Below the pieces are notes generated by a model. That model was given only the letters and a program-made list of their open reading frames with translations, had not been told where the DNA came from and did no database searches. A program made the translations under genes and the position numbers. Of a stretch of DNA of 64,000 nucleotides, positions 14,458 to 27,645 are shown piece by piece. Position 1 is the first letter of the stretch; the number at the start of each line of letters is the position of its first letter. The DNA comes from Octopus vulgaris (lineage: Eukaryota). The stretch is from assembly GCA_951406725.2 (NCBI GenBank), contig OX597824.1:26846001-26910000 (forward strand), in the 5' to 3' direction.

Positions 14458-14665
14458 GATCCAAACAAGAAAGCACAAAAAAAAACACAACAACGCGAGG
14501 ACGTGGAACAAATATAGTATTATTGGACGCTCAGGAAAGAAGGAAAGAAGGTGGGTCTAACGTTTCGAGCGGAGCTCTTCGTCGGAAACATAATAGATAG
14601 AAAGATCCAGAGAAGGAAAGACAGAGGAAAAAAAATCGCCAACGGTACACACGAGGTCACGTGTG
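14455..14665 (-). mobile_element. Short PLE pLTR-like element with variant hammerhead (14555-14589), ending in (TA)n
   Basis: Minus strand reads gttt-CCGACGA-A-GAGC-tcc-GCTC-GAAAC-GTTA-gac; CACGTGAC at the 5' end; homologous layout at 28640-28851. Confidence 0.7.
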
Positions 14666-14817
14666 TGTGTGTGCATAGATATATATACACACATATACAT
14701 GATATATCATGAGCCTTATATCTATCTCACGCACACGTACATACATATATCTACATATATATGTATATGCATATCCATGCATTTATTCAATATAGTACGT
14801 ACATTTATATATATATA

Positions 14818-15322
14818 CTAGCAGTATCGCCCGGCGTTGCTCGGGTTTGTAAGGGAAATAACTATATAAGCATTTTTAGAGAGTTACTTCCCTTATAAAT
14901 TCGGGCTTTCTTAGCCATTTTTGTTTTGGTGTCTTCAAGCCATGAAGTCGTTGTTCTAAAAGAACGCTGGTTTCCTTCACAACGCATTACGACGTTGATT
15001 TCTTTACACTCCCTTCCCCACAGCTTCACGAGGGAGGGAAGGGGGAGAATCAAACAGGTGCAGCTGTGAGCGTGGACGCCAACTCCGCCGCCATCGACAC
15101 ACGATGCATTTTATGCATTAAAATGGAATAAAAAATGATGTTAAATTATTTTTAAAATCGTAGACTCATCGTTGACGCGCGCTAATAGTCAGACGGGCTC
15201 GATATGAATCACGACTACAAGATACCCGAATTTGGTTAAACTGCACCGCAAATGTGGGAGGAGTTAGGAATCTAAATCGAAGGGGACAGACACTCACACA
15301 ACTAGAGTTTTATATATATAGA
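14818..15322 (-). mobile_element. Non-autonomous Helitron
   Basis: Minus strand starts TCTATATATATAAAA, ends with hairpin cccgagcaacgccggg plus CTAG, and sits between A and T; second copy at 47403-47774. Confidence 0.88.
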
Positions 15323-15822
15323 TATGTGTGTGTCTGAGTGTGTGTATGTATGTGTGTATGAGTGTGTGTGTATATTCATACATACGTATTCATATACATA
15401 TATATATACGCACGCACACATGCATTTATGTTTGCGCATGCGTTTGTGTGTGTCTGTGTGTCCTTGCGTGTGTTTCTCCCGACCAGCGCTTGACAACGGG
15501 TGTCGGTAGTTCAACAAAAGAGATCGATAGAACAAAATCACAAGGCTTTAAAATATGATTTGGAGTTGCTTTGTTCGATGAAACCCCCTGAAGGCGGTGC
15601 CCCTGCATTGCAGCAAGCTTAATGACTAAAACAAACAAATGACAACAGAAGAAGTAGACATGGATCAATAAGACCACCAGCTGCTTCAGCTTTTGGTGGG
15701 TATCGCTTAGTTTACTTTTCGGGAATCCTTTTGACTCCGTGCTCTGATTTCAAATCTTGCGAAGGTTAACATTGTCCTTCATCACTTAATGAATGATATA
15801 GTACAAGTTGTGTAATTGATTT

Positions 15823-15895
<73 letters not shown>

Positions 15896-16049
15896 CCTCT
15901 CTCCCTCTCTTTCTCTTTGTCCCCACCATCTCTCTCAATATATTTTTTTCTCACTTCCTGAAATACATCGATTGTGGCTAGGCCAGGAGAGCATGGGTGG
16001 CAACATCTAAAATTCTGCAGACATGCCGTGTGTCCCGACAGCGTTTTTA

Positions 16050-16300
16050 CAACTCAATGAGACCAGCCTATCAGATGTTGCTACACATCGCTGGTCACAA
16101 TGCGCTTCGCATTGTTTTAGCCTTCAAATGACGCCAACCCGATAGCTAAGCGAGCAGGCCAATAGAAGAAAGAGCGAGAGAAAGTTGTGGCGAAAGAGTA
16201 CAGCAGGGATCACCACCATTCCCTGCCGGAGCCTCGTGGAGCCTTTAGGTGTTTTCGCTCAATAAACATTCACGACGCCCGGTCTGGGAATCGAAACCGC
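16050..16300 (-). mobile_element. SINE family C variant (same head, different 3' part)
   Basis: Reverse complement of 'gcggtttcgattcccagaccgggcg...gagcgaaaacacctaaa...ctgctgtactcttt'. Confidence 0.8.
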
Positions 16301-16301
16301 G

Positions 16302-16339
<38 letters not shown>

Positions 16340-16358
16340 ATATATATATATATTTATA

Positions 16359-16397
<39 letters not shown>

Positions 16398-16469
16398 CGG
16401 CTTTTACATATACTTGGTGTAATTGATAATTATTCCAAATTAATTAATTTCACCCTTCATTATTACGGA

Positions 16470-16534
<65 letters not shown>

Positions 16535-16535
16535 C

Positions 16536-16569
<34 letters not shown>

Positions 16570-17047
16570 GATATATACATGTGTGTGTGTGTGCGTGTGT
16601 GTAAATTAATTACCTCATGAGACCTTAACTTGAATATGTTGATTATAACGCCTTAGACTGCTGTATACGTAGAGAAAAATCATTTTGCTTTGATGACACT
16701 TGTTAAAAGGCAACGAAATTCTATCATCAGTTGACAATATTCCGTCCGTACACCGACGGATGGTAGTGCTGCATCATTTATCGAACCCATGCATCCAATC
16801 ATCCATTCATACGTACATACATGATTACATACATGTACACATACATGCACACATACATACATGCACACGCACACACATATATCTACACACACACACACAC
16901 AAACATATATGCACATGAGTTTCATTATATTATATAAATATCGTATAAATATTTTATCGATCTATCTATCTATCCATCTATCAGTCTGTGTGTCTTTCTC
17001 TGTCTGTCCGTCTCTCTGTCTGTCCGTCTGACTGTCTCTCTGTTTGA

Positions 17048-17113
<66 letters not shown>

Positions 17114-17118
17114 GTCTA

Positions 17119-17151
<33 letters not shown>

Positions 17152-17461
17152 GTGTGTGTGAGTGAGTGTGTGTGTGTGTGTACGTAGGTATGTTTGTATA
17201 TAACGTTATGTAGTTAATTCTTGATTGTTATTCCCCAATATAGGCCACAGTTTATTACTCCAAATGTTTGGTTTTTCTCTCCCACGGAATTAGGTTCTTT
17301 GAGAGAATGCTGAAGTTTCTTTCCTGTCACCGCTCCGTGTTTTATTGTCCTGATAATTTTAATACTTTAAGCTGTTTAGTGATATTATAAAGATTAATTC
17401 CTGCAGAGTCATCAAACATATGAACCCTAATTGTATCTTTACACGAATATATTAAATCATG

Positions 17462-18285
17462 TAAGGCGGCGAGCTTGCAGAAACGTTAGCACTCCGGGAG
17501 AAATGCTTAGCGGTATTTCGTCTGTCTTTACGTTCTGAGTTCAAATTCCCTCGAGGTCGACTTTGCCTTTCATCCTTTCAGGGTCGATTAAATAAGTACC
17601 AGTTACGCACTGGGGTCGATATAATCGACTTAATCCATTTCTCAGTCCTTGTTTATCCTCTCTGTGTTTAGCCCCTTGTGGGTAGTAAAGAAACAGGTAT
17701 TTCGTCCGTCTTTACGTTCTGAGTTCAAATTCCGCCGAGGTCGACTTTGCTTTTCATCCTTTCGGCGTCGATTAAATAAGTACCAGTTACACACTGGGAT
17801 CGATATAATCGACTTAGTCCGTTTGTCTGTCCTTGTGTGTCTCCTCTGTGTTTAGCCCCTTGTGGGCAATAAAGAAATAGCTATTTCGTCTGCCGTTACG
17901 TTCTGAGTTCAAATTCCACCGAGGTCGACTTTACCTTTCATCGTTTCGGGGTCGATAAATTAAGTCCCAGCTACGCACTGGAGTCGATGTAATCGACTTA
18001 ATTCCTTTGTCTGTCCTTGTCTGTCCCCTCTATGTTTAGTCCCTTTTGGGCAGTAAAGAAATAAGAAACGTTAGCTCGCCGGGCGAAATGCGTAGCCGTA
18101 TTTCGTCTGCCGTTACGTTCTGAGTTCATGTTCCGCCGAGGTCGACTTTGCCTTTCATCGTTTCGGGGTCGATAAATTAAGTACGAGTTACACACTGGGG
18201 TCGATGTAATCGACTTAATCCGTTTGTCTGTCCTTGTTTGACCCCTCTGTGTTTAGCCCCTTGTGGGTAGTAAATAAATAAATAA
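17462..18285 (+). mobile_element. Tandem array of four SINE family A units
   Basis: Junctions at about 17696, 17880 and 18064. Confidence 0.93.
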
Positions 18286-18289
18286 AAAT

Positions 18290-18374
<85 letters not shown>

Positions 18375-18772
18375 CATTATTATTATTATAATTATTTAGC
18401 CTCGGGTTCATCCTGATCGATCAGATATCTGATCATCTTTTTAGTTTTATTCACACAAGGTACAAGTATGCTTCTGTGGTTACGCAATATGTTTTGAAAT
18501 TACTTGATTTCGGTTTCATTCTTGTCGTGTGGCATCTTGAGCAAGTATCTTCTACTATAGCGTCGGGTCGAACAATGCCTTGTAAGCAAATTTGGGGGAT
18601 AAAAACTGTGTGGAAGCCCGTTGTATATATGTATGTATACGTGTGTTTGTGTGTGTAAGCGTGTGTGCGTGGGTGAATATGTGTGTATGTGTCTTTGCGT
18701 TTGTGTTTGCCCCCCCCCCCCCCCCACCGAGGCTTGATGATCGGTGTTATTTCATTTATGTCCCTGCAACCT

Positions 18773-19188
18773 ATTTCTTTATTACCCACAAGGGGCTAAA
18801 CACAGAGGAGACAAACAAGGACAGACATAGGTATTACGTCGATTACATCGACCCAAGTGCGTAACTGGTGCTTAATTTATCGACCCCGAAAGGACGAAAG
18901 GCAAAGTCGACCTCGGCGGAATTTGAACTCACAACGTAATGGCAGACGAAATACCTATTTCTTTACTACCCACAAGGGGCTAAACACAGAGGGGACAGAC
19001 AAGGACAGACTTAGGTATTAAGTCGATTACCTCGACCCCAGTGCGTAACTGGTACTTAATTTATCGACCCCGAAAGGACGAAAGGCAAAGTCGACCTCGG
19101 CGGAATTTGAACTCACAACGTAACGGCAGACGAAATACCGCTAAGCATTTCGTCAGGCGTGCTAACGTTTCAGCCAGCTCGCCGCCTT
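18773..19188 (-). mobile_element. Family A dimer inserted into a family B SINE (18460-19330, +)
   Basis: Family B 5' part ends at 'tccctgcaaccta' and resumes at 'aacctagcgtttcagc' after the insert. Confidence 0.88.
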
Positions 19189-19370
19189 AACCTAGCGTTT
19201 CAGCACAAAAGAATGAGAGAATAAGTACCGCATTTACAAAGAAGGACCGGGGTCGATCTTTTCGAGTGACCTTTCAAGGCGGTGCCTCATCATGGCTGCC
19301 ATTGAATAACTGAAACAACTACAAGATAAAAGACAGTGTATCTATGGTTACATTATCCAATGTGTCAATA

Positions 19371-19606
19371 AAGTAATCCCTCGACTATCGCGGGTGTTAC
19401 GTTCCAAAACCCTCCGCGATAGGTGAAAATCCGCGAAGTAGAAACAGTACTGTACTGTTTATTTTTTGCCTTATTTTTGTAATTCATAAATATTTATTTT
19501 AGTATAAATGCCAAACAACACGACAGAGGAATCGACGTAAGCTTAAATAATAAACCGCGATATGCGAACCGCGATAAGTGAAGCACGATATCTTGAGGGA
19601 TTACTG
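19371..19606. mobile_element. Tigger/pogo-like MITE
   Basis: TIRs (c/a)agtaatccctcga...tcttgagggattactg flanked by TA; internal 'ccgcgata' repeats. Confidence 0.85.
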
Positions 19607-20425
19607 TACATTTCTTAATGTCATAACGTCTGATATGAGGAAGGGTTATCTACTATTTCTAGCCTATGGAAAGCTTACATAAGGATCACCGTTTTCTTTT
19701 CACTCAAACGTAGTGTAACTAAGGATATATTACTGAATGTGTTTAAGTAAAACGATAATGTTTGATATGACGGAGATTTGACTGCTATTTCTAGCCTGTG
19801 AAAGACGGCGTAAATCTTCCCTGGGTATTTCGACGCTTTATCATTTCAGCTGCTCGATCGACCTCGTGTGGGATAAATAATATATATGCAACCTAACAGC
19901 TGTGCTCTGTTGTCACGTGATAACAGTCTTTTAATTCTCAGATATCTGTCACCTCTTTCAGTTCTCTCGCATGAGATATCAAGATTTAAACACCTTTTTA
20001 TCACACTCATAACCTGAAGCAGTTGATGTATGCGTGAGAGCATCTCTTTGTGTATATGTGACTGTGTGTGTGCGTATCTGTGCATGTGTGGCTTTTTGTG
20101 TGTGCTTGGCTGTCTGTGTGTGCGTGTGCATGTGTGTGCGTGTGTTTGCGTGTGTTTGTGTATGTGTTTGTGTGTATGTGTGTGTTAGGTTGAGTTTAAT
20201 TGTTTGTGAATATATATCATTTGTATTACAAGGCCCAAACAATTGATGTATGACTCAGAGTGTGATTATATGCATGCGTATGCCCAACACCATGTATGTA
20301 AACGTGCGTATGTATGTGTGAACGTGAGTTTATGTGTATGTGTATGAGTGTATGTGTTTATATGAGTGTGGTTATGCTTTATTTTTCATATGCCTGTATC
20401 TCTCTATGCTTTATAGTGTGTATGT

Positions 20426-20819
20426 GGAGGCGCAATGGCCCAGTGGTTAGGGCAGCAGACTCGCGGTCATAGGATCGCGGTTTCGATTCCCAGACCGGGC
20501 GTTGTGAGTGTTTATTGAGCGAAAACACCTAAAAGCTCCACGATACTCCGGCAGGGGATGGTGGTGATCCCTGCTGTACTCTTTCACCACAACTTTCTCT
20601 CACTCTTACTTCCTGTTTCTGTTGTACCTGTATTTCAAGGGGCCGGCCTTGTCACTCTCTGTGTCACGCTGAATATCCCCGAGAACTACGTTAAGGGTGC
20701 ACGTGTCTGTGGAGTGCTCAGCCACTTACACGTTAATTTCACGAGCATGCTGTTCCGTTGATTCGGATCAACCGGAACCCTCATCGTCGTAACCGACGGA
20801 GTGCTAAAGAAAAAAGAAG
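20426..20819 (+). mobile_element. SINE family C, full length
   Basis: Near-identical to the 10353 copy; TSD atagtgtgtatgt at 20413-25 and 20820-32. Confidence 0.93.
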
Positions 20820-20842
20820 ATAGTGTGTATGTATATTTTGTG

Positions 20843-21177
20843 TGAAGGCGCATGGCTCAGTGGTTAGAGTGTAGAGCTTACGATCGTGGGGTTGTGAGTT
20901 CGATTTCCGGACCGGGTTGTGTGTTGTGTTCTTGAGCAATACACGTTATTTCACGTTGCTCCAGTTAACTCAACAGTAGAAATGAGTTGCGACATCACTG
21001 GTGCCAAGCTGTATCGGCCTTTGCCTTTCCCTTGGATAACACTGGTGGCGTGAAGAAGGGAGGCCGGTATGCATGAATGACTACTGGCCTTCCATAAACA
21101 ATCTTGCCCCGACTTGTGCCTCGGAGGGTAACTTTCTAGGTGTAGTCCCATGGTCATTCATGACCGAAGGGGATCTC
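20843..21177 (+). mobile_element. SINE family D (tRNA head + CORE-like domain)
   Basis: A-box tggctcagtgg, B-box gagttcgatt, 'gtgttcttgagcaa'; second copy at 33927-34263 (-). Confidence 0.88.
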
Positions 21178-21597
21178 CTCCCATGTGTATTTTGTGGAAA
21201 AATACGTATGAAAATGTGAATGTTTGTAGGTGTCTTCTCTTCATGTGTATCTGTGTGTTTCTTTGTGTATATGTAAATAATTAAATTCAATTTAGATTCA
21301 TTTATTTACACACACATAGGCCTACACGTACACACGTGCATATTCACATGTTCACACATACACATGCAAATTTTGGACGAAGTTGTGAACATGTTTAAAC
21401 ATGTTCCAAAATTTACACAAAGAAGCACACAGATACACATGAAGAAACACAAAGAAACACACAGTTACACATGAAGAAAAGACACCTAGAAACATTCACA
21501 TTTTCATACGTATTTTTTCCACAAAATACACATGGGAGGAGATCCCCTTCGGTCATGAATGACCATGGGACTACACCTAGAAAGTTACCCGCCGAGG
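21119..21597. repeat. Local inverted duplication (arms about 160-185 bp)
   Basis: 21119-21278 is the reverse complement of 21411-21597 apart from an internal ~27-bp duplication. Confidence 0.9.
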
Positions 21598-21784
21598 GTA
21601 ACATATTTTCATAATCGCCCTAAAAATGAAACCTCGTATGTAACAGCCAAGGAATTAGATCCAGTCGTCAAATTGGTTAGTTTCTACTTTAATTAATTAT
21701 AATCATGTTTAGGAATGGCTTCAGGTATCCTAATGCTAGAAACAATTGGTAATGGATAGACTGATCATTCTTACACCAGCAATG

Positions 21785-21980
21785 TGGAGGCGCAATGGCC
21801 CAGTGGTTAGGGCAGCGAACTCGCGGTCGGAAGAACGCGGTTTCGATTCCCGGTCCGGGCATTGTGAGTATTTATTGAGCAAAAACACCTAAGATCCACG
21901 AGGCTCCGGCTAGGATGGTGGTGAACCCCACTGAACTCTTTCACCACAACTTTGTCTCACACGTTCTTCCTACTTCAGCC
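21785..21980 (+). mobile_element. SINE family C, 5' half
   Basis: 'ggaggcgcaatggcccagtggttagggcagcg'. Confidence 0.85.
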
Positions 21981-22320
21981 ACAAAGCAGAGAAACCATGG
22001 TGTAACAGACTATGGTAAACTTTCAGACCTTAGTCTAGATTGCAAATCTTCTGTACCCCAGGATGGTTCAGCTCTCCACCCGTTAAAAGCCACTGTTTAC
22101 GGAATGAGGATAACAAAGTAGCTTTCGCGCCCGTGCAACCGCCAGTATATCGCGTGTGGTGGATGGATCTTCACGTTGCCACACGCATTCTTAGTAGCTT
22201 AGAGTAGGCTCGAATTAGAGATTATTCTTCGTGGCTAATGGCGTGAGTCCTGATTAGAAGTCACCAGCCAAATATATGTATATAATATATATATATGTGT
22301 GTGTGCGTTCTAAATAAAAA

Positions 22321-22356
22321 TGTCCGACGAACCGGATCGTGAAACTCTGAGTAACA
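22321..22356 (+). ncRNA. Variant hammerhead (same family as 58408-58445)
   Basis: tgt-CCGACGA-ACCGGATCGT-GAAAC-TCTGA-GTA-aca; downstream 'gtttt...tgctgcttt' matches 58446-58470. Confidence 0.7.
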
Positions 22357-22380
22357 GTTTTCATGATTTTTGCTGCTTTT

Positions 22381-23024
22381 CTCGGAATTTAGAAAATCCT
22401 CAGAACTTCCGAGGAAGTTTTCGACCAAATTTCCCGGAAGTAAGAAAATCATCGGAACTTCCCAGGAAGTTGTCGACGAAAGTTTCCGGATGTTAGAAAA
22501 TCCTCGGAACTTCCCAGGAAGTTTTCGAACAAAATTTACGGAAATTAGAAATCATCGGAACTTCCGTGGAAGTTTTCGACCAAATTCCCCTGACGTTAGA
22601 AAATCCTCGGAACTTCCCAGGAAGTTTTCGGCGAAAGTTACCGGACTTTAGAAGATCCTCGGAACTTCCCACTAAGTTTCGACCAAATTTCCGGACGTTA
22701 GAAAATCCTCGCAACTTCCCAGGAAGTTTTCGACCAAATTTCCAGGAAGTTAGAAAATTCACGTAACCGCCCAGGAATTTTTCGACGAAACGTCCCAGGA
22801 AATTTTCGATCAAATTTCCCGGAAGTTATGAAATCCTCGGAACTTCTCAGGAAGTTTGCGACGAAAGTTTCTGGACGTTAAAAAATCCTCGGAAACTCCC
22901 AGGAAGTTTTCGACCAAATTTCCAAAAATCCTCGAAACTTCCCATGAATTTTTCGATCAAAGTTCCCTGAAGTTAGAAAATCCTCGGAACCTCCCAGGAA
23001 GTTTTCGTACAAAGTTCCCGGAAA
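22381..23024. repeat. ~52-bp minisatellite, about 12 units
   Basis: Consensus ccggaagttagaaaatcctcggaacttcccaggaagttttcgaccaaatttc. Confidence 0.93.
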
Positions 23025-23028
23025 CATA

Positions 23029-23080
<52 letters not shown>

Positions 23081-23835
23081 CAATATATGCATATACGATG
23101 CGCCAACGACTCACTGGAATAAAATAGAAGAATTAGTAGAACGGTTCTTACTATACCGTCTTTTAAGTACTTGAATCATAAGTTCAAACAGGCTGGTGTC
23201 AATTTGCTGCGGTTGTATTCTGTGTATGGACAAGTTTCAAGGAAAAATCGCAGCTCCAAACTGAATGAAGAACTAAAATTCTACGTCTTGAAAGATTTTC
23301 TATAGTATGCTAGCAAAATATTCTCTCAACTTGAGTTTATCGTTGCGACAAATGTATACATATTTTTTAATATACGTACACCAAAAATGGTTTTCTGTAG
23401 CAGAACGCCCTCATGCCTTATTTCACATTTCACTATTTTGTAGTTTTATTCGCACTAGGCACAAATCACCAATCTGGTAATTGTATTGGCACTTATGGTC
23501 ATAGATGTTGAATAATGACTGAAAGCGTGTTCACGAAAGGAAGCATCTGAAATGGGATTCCTCCGAAGTATCTCTGGAATAACATTATTCGGGTAGGAAG
23601 CGTAGCTCAGAGACTTGGGAGTCACTCCAAATCGAGCTTCTATTTTGCACTGTGTGGTCACAGATCTGGTACTACGAACAAGCGCTGAAGCGAGAAGACC
23701 AAAAATGGCTTGAAAGTCATAACATACCGGCAGAAAATAACATTACTAAGTGAGACAAGCTGACACTGAATTAGCTTCGCTGACTGACAGGTGACGGTCG
23801 TTTAGAGAAGACGTTGTCTAAGATTACGCGCCTTC

Positions 23836-23940
23836 ATTGGTCAATTAAAGTTGAGACAGTGTCACGTGACAACTTGCTGGGGCTGCCTGCTGGAGCCTAG
23901 CATCAGGTATTTAAAGGGAAAAATTTTGACAAGTCAGTCA
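23836..23940 (+). promoter_or_regulatory. Candidate Pol II core promoter
   Basis: ATTGG 23836-40, GTCACGTGAC 23861-70, TATTTAAA 23908-15, and Inr TCAGTC 23934-39 at canonical spacing. Confidence 0.55.
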
Positions 23941-24455
23941 GTCGCCCGCTGACACTCGTTGACGCTACATCGAAGAGGCCAGGGAACAGAAGAAAGATGA
24001 AGAAGAAAGAAGATATGCACCCAAAACCATATCTGAAGACACTTCCGAAAGGAAAGGGGGCGCCACGTCAAAACAGTAGAGGTGTAGGGGCCGAAATCGG
24101 ACGTGGTTCGTCCTGATGATGTCTTAAGCTAACTGGATCCTATAAAGGAGCAGTTGTAGTAGCAGACCACGAAATACGGTTGAAATTCCTAGAATGTCAC
24201 AGGAAAAGTATGGCAGAACAGATGCTTCAAGCATCACGTTCTTCGGAATGGACCAAGAACGTGATGGTTGGATAATATTCGTAGTCTCTGTCGGTCAGGC
24301 TTAGGAATCCAGCATGAAAGTGTAATGACGGTTGCTCCTAATAGAACCCTATGGGGAAGATGCCTGGAAGACTAGTGCGCGGATGAAATGGCTGAATAAA
24401 AATGAAGCGATAAACAAAGCAAAAATAAAACTAAACTAAAACAAAACAAAATAAC
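23936..24455 (+). ncRNA. Candidate structured non-coding RNA / pLTR with degenerate hammerhead cores
   Basis: CTGAAGA 24033; CTGATGA 24113 with a long stem to GAAAT 24171; perfect 12-bp hairpin 24232-43/24255-66; AATAAA 24395 and A-rich tail. Confidence 0.42.
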
Positions 24456-24766
24456 TTAAATGGATTTTCCTTACTTTCAGCGATGAGTATTCAGTAGTAC
24501 GATGAACTGAACTACTTCAATTAGCTTATAGGTGGTTGAGTATACCATGGTTGACATAATTCTCTACAGAATTTTATCCCGATGTTTTAGGTTGACTTGA
24601 AATTTGGCTAGAAGAGGTATCGATCCTAAACTCCAATTGCGTGCGCACACAAAGGTTATGAGTGTATATGTATGCACCTAAGTATGTATGTATGTATATT
24701 TGTATGAATGTATGTCTGCATGTATGCATGGGTGGATGGATGGATTGAAGGATGGATGAAGGATGG

Positions 24767-24834
<68 letters not shown>

Positions 24835-24859
24835 ATTAATACAGAGTTGCTTATTTGCA

Positions 24860-25180
24860 AAAAAAATATAACATGTGACTTCATTGACCGAGGTTACCGT
24901 GGTCTTTTCCGTAGGCTTTTCTTTCCACGGGTAAACCTCACCTGTCCTCCCCTTTACAATTTATTTTGACATTTATGTGATAACGATCCCTATTGATCGA
25001 TTTTTTTCTTTTTGCTTTTATTTTTATCCCCCTCCCTTTCTTTGCTTTCCTCTTTCTTTCCTTTTACGATCCCTTTTGATCGAAAACCAAAACCCCTTTT
25101 TTTATCCCCAAAAAGAAAAGCTCTACCTTGTAAATTGTCCTGTCTGTGTGCAGCCCTGTGTGGCTAATAAAGAAACATAT
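24860..25180 (+). mobile_element. LINE 3' UTR (probably L1/Tx1-like) ending in (CTAT)n; second copy at 26270-26510
   Basis: T-rich UTR, 'acgatccc..ttgatcga' hairpin and 'aaaagctctaccttgtaa...cagccctgtgtgg..aataaagaaa' present in both copies. Confidence 0.6.
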
Positions 25181-25207
25181 CTATCTATCTATCGTTCGAT
25201 CTATGTG

Positions 25208-25278
<71 letters not shown>

Positions 25279-25718
25279 GGGGACTAGAGTGCTAGAGGGA
25301 GAAATAAGTATACACAATAAGTCACCCACAGAAATATGTGGGTACGCACGCTCGCACACGCACGCACTGAGAAACAAACACACACATTCACACACACAGA
25401 TATGGAAGTTAATATATATACACACACAAAATCCACGAAGACAAGAAAGAGAAGCACTTGGTGCGCCAAATTAATAGGTAACTAAACAAGAATACGATGA
25501 CAGCATTAAACTAGATAGCTTTTCTATTATGGATATGCGTGTGTATGTGTATATGCATGTGTGTATGTATGTGTGTGAGGGTGAGGAGTGGGGGAGAAGA
25601 CGGATGTGTCAGATGATTAGTTAAAGGTCAAAGTTGACTCGTCCATTTGAAAAGGTCAGCGCCACTGTTTAAGAATCGTGTTATCAATGGACGCGTCGTC
25701 TTCTAATTATGTATATAA

Positions 25719-25780
<62 letters not shown>

Positions 25781-26083
25781 ACGTGCGTGTTAGTATCGCA
25801 CTATCGTAGTATCAAGGAGAGATGAGAAGACAAACAACTTGAAAAAGCTGAATCAAGGACGTACCTGGTGCCAGTCCAAGTGGTGCGTTCCACCAAAGTA
25901 ATTTGCAGACTTTAGAATTGGTGGGGGTGAAGAATAAGAACAAAGAGCTACGTTGGCGTATGTATGAATGCTTGTATGTATGTGTATATGTATGTATGTA
26001 TGTGTATATGTATGTATATACACATAGATAGCTGTGTATGAATGTATGTATTTATGCATGTATATACACTCACGACTATCTAT

Positions 26084-26152
<69 letters not shown>

Positions 26153-26232
26153 AACCAATCTCACTCCCTCTCTCTGTCTCTCTATCTATCTATCAACCAA
26201 TCTCTCTCTATATCTATCTATCTATCAACCAA

Positions 26233-26264
<32 letters not shown>

Positions 26265-26506
26265 CATCCATTTTCATTTCTCTTTCGTTTTGTTCCTTTT
26301 CCTTTTTTTCTTTTTCTTTTTATTTTATTTTATTTTTTTTTTTTTGGTTCTTTTCTTCCCTTTTACGATCCCTCTTGATCGAAAACCTACGCCACCCCCT
26401 TTTTTTTTGTTTCTTTTGTTTTTTGGTTTTTTCATCCACCAAAAGAAAAGCTCTACCTTGTAACTTGTCCCATCTGTGTGCAGCCCTGTGTGGCCAATAA
26501 AGAAAC

Positions 26507-26585
<79 letters not shown>

Positions 26586-27392
26586 ACTAACTAACTAACT
26601 ATCTATCAACCAATCTCTCTCTATATATTTTATGTTAATTCAAATAATAATGGAAAGGAACGAACAAATTTAGCTGGCAACCCGATATATTTACATTTAA
26701 AATATTAGAAGAATAGATCTACAAACCCCGCCAAACCCATAAATCTATATTATAAAAATACTTGTCCTACGAATATAAAAACAAAACAAAAAACACTGCA
26801 AAACATTGAAACAAATAAATAGAAGAAACGAACGAAATTATCTGACAACCAATTTAAAACACCTATTGGATAATTCAAATTGTGTGACAGATAAATGACT
26901 AGATTCCATCTGTACGCCATGGTGGGCGTGGAGCAAACACAGCTTTTCAGTTAGAATGTGTTTAGACAGAATATTAATTAAGTTTGTTAATAACAATAGG
27001 CTTGAATGTCTGCAATTTCGAGTTATTGCCGGTGCAGATCCTAATTTCGTGATCTGCATCGTGAATAGACTCGGGATATTGAAACAGGTCCCAGTTTCTT
27101 ATTTCCCGGGAATCCTTCAGGGATCAAGTTATATAATTAGTTAAGCGGGGTATTAAAGGAGACAAAGAGAGATAAGTGACAATAAATTAAAAACGATATT
27201 GATTAACGTCGTCAGAGATTTCTCAGAAATAGAAGAATCAAGACTATAAAAAAGAAACTAGCATTCCGTCGGTGACGACGACGAGTGTTCCGGTTGATTC
27301 GATCAACGGAACAGCCTGCTCCTGAAATTAACGTGTAAGTGGCTATGTGCTCCTAAGACACGCGTAGGCTAGACGTATATATATATATATAT

Positions 27393-27433
<41 letters not shown>

Positions 27434-27569
27434 TGTTAAAATGTTAGACCTCGGAGTTAAACCTCTAGTCTGTCTTTACAGAGGAAAGTAAAAATGAACT
27501 TAGCAAGTTTAATCGCCTGCTCATCATGAGTGTTTAGTCCATCCATTCTATAGAGAAAGAGATAGGGAA

Positions 27570-27607
<38 letters not shown>

Positions 27608-27612
27608 AGTGT

Positions 27613-27645
<33 letters not shown>

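Noticed and set aside
22370-23122. Repetitive ENPRNFPGSF protein or CRISPR-like array
   Set aside because: The 52-bp unit is not a multiple of three, so the frame shifts every unit. There are no unique spacers or cas genes, and the context is eukaryotic.
26820-27260. Unique sequence with 62-73 aa ORFs
   Set aside because: No recognisable domain or paired splice sites. It could be regulatory but cannot be supported from sequence alone.
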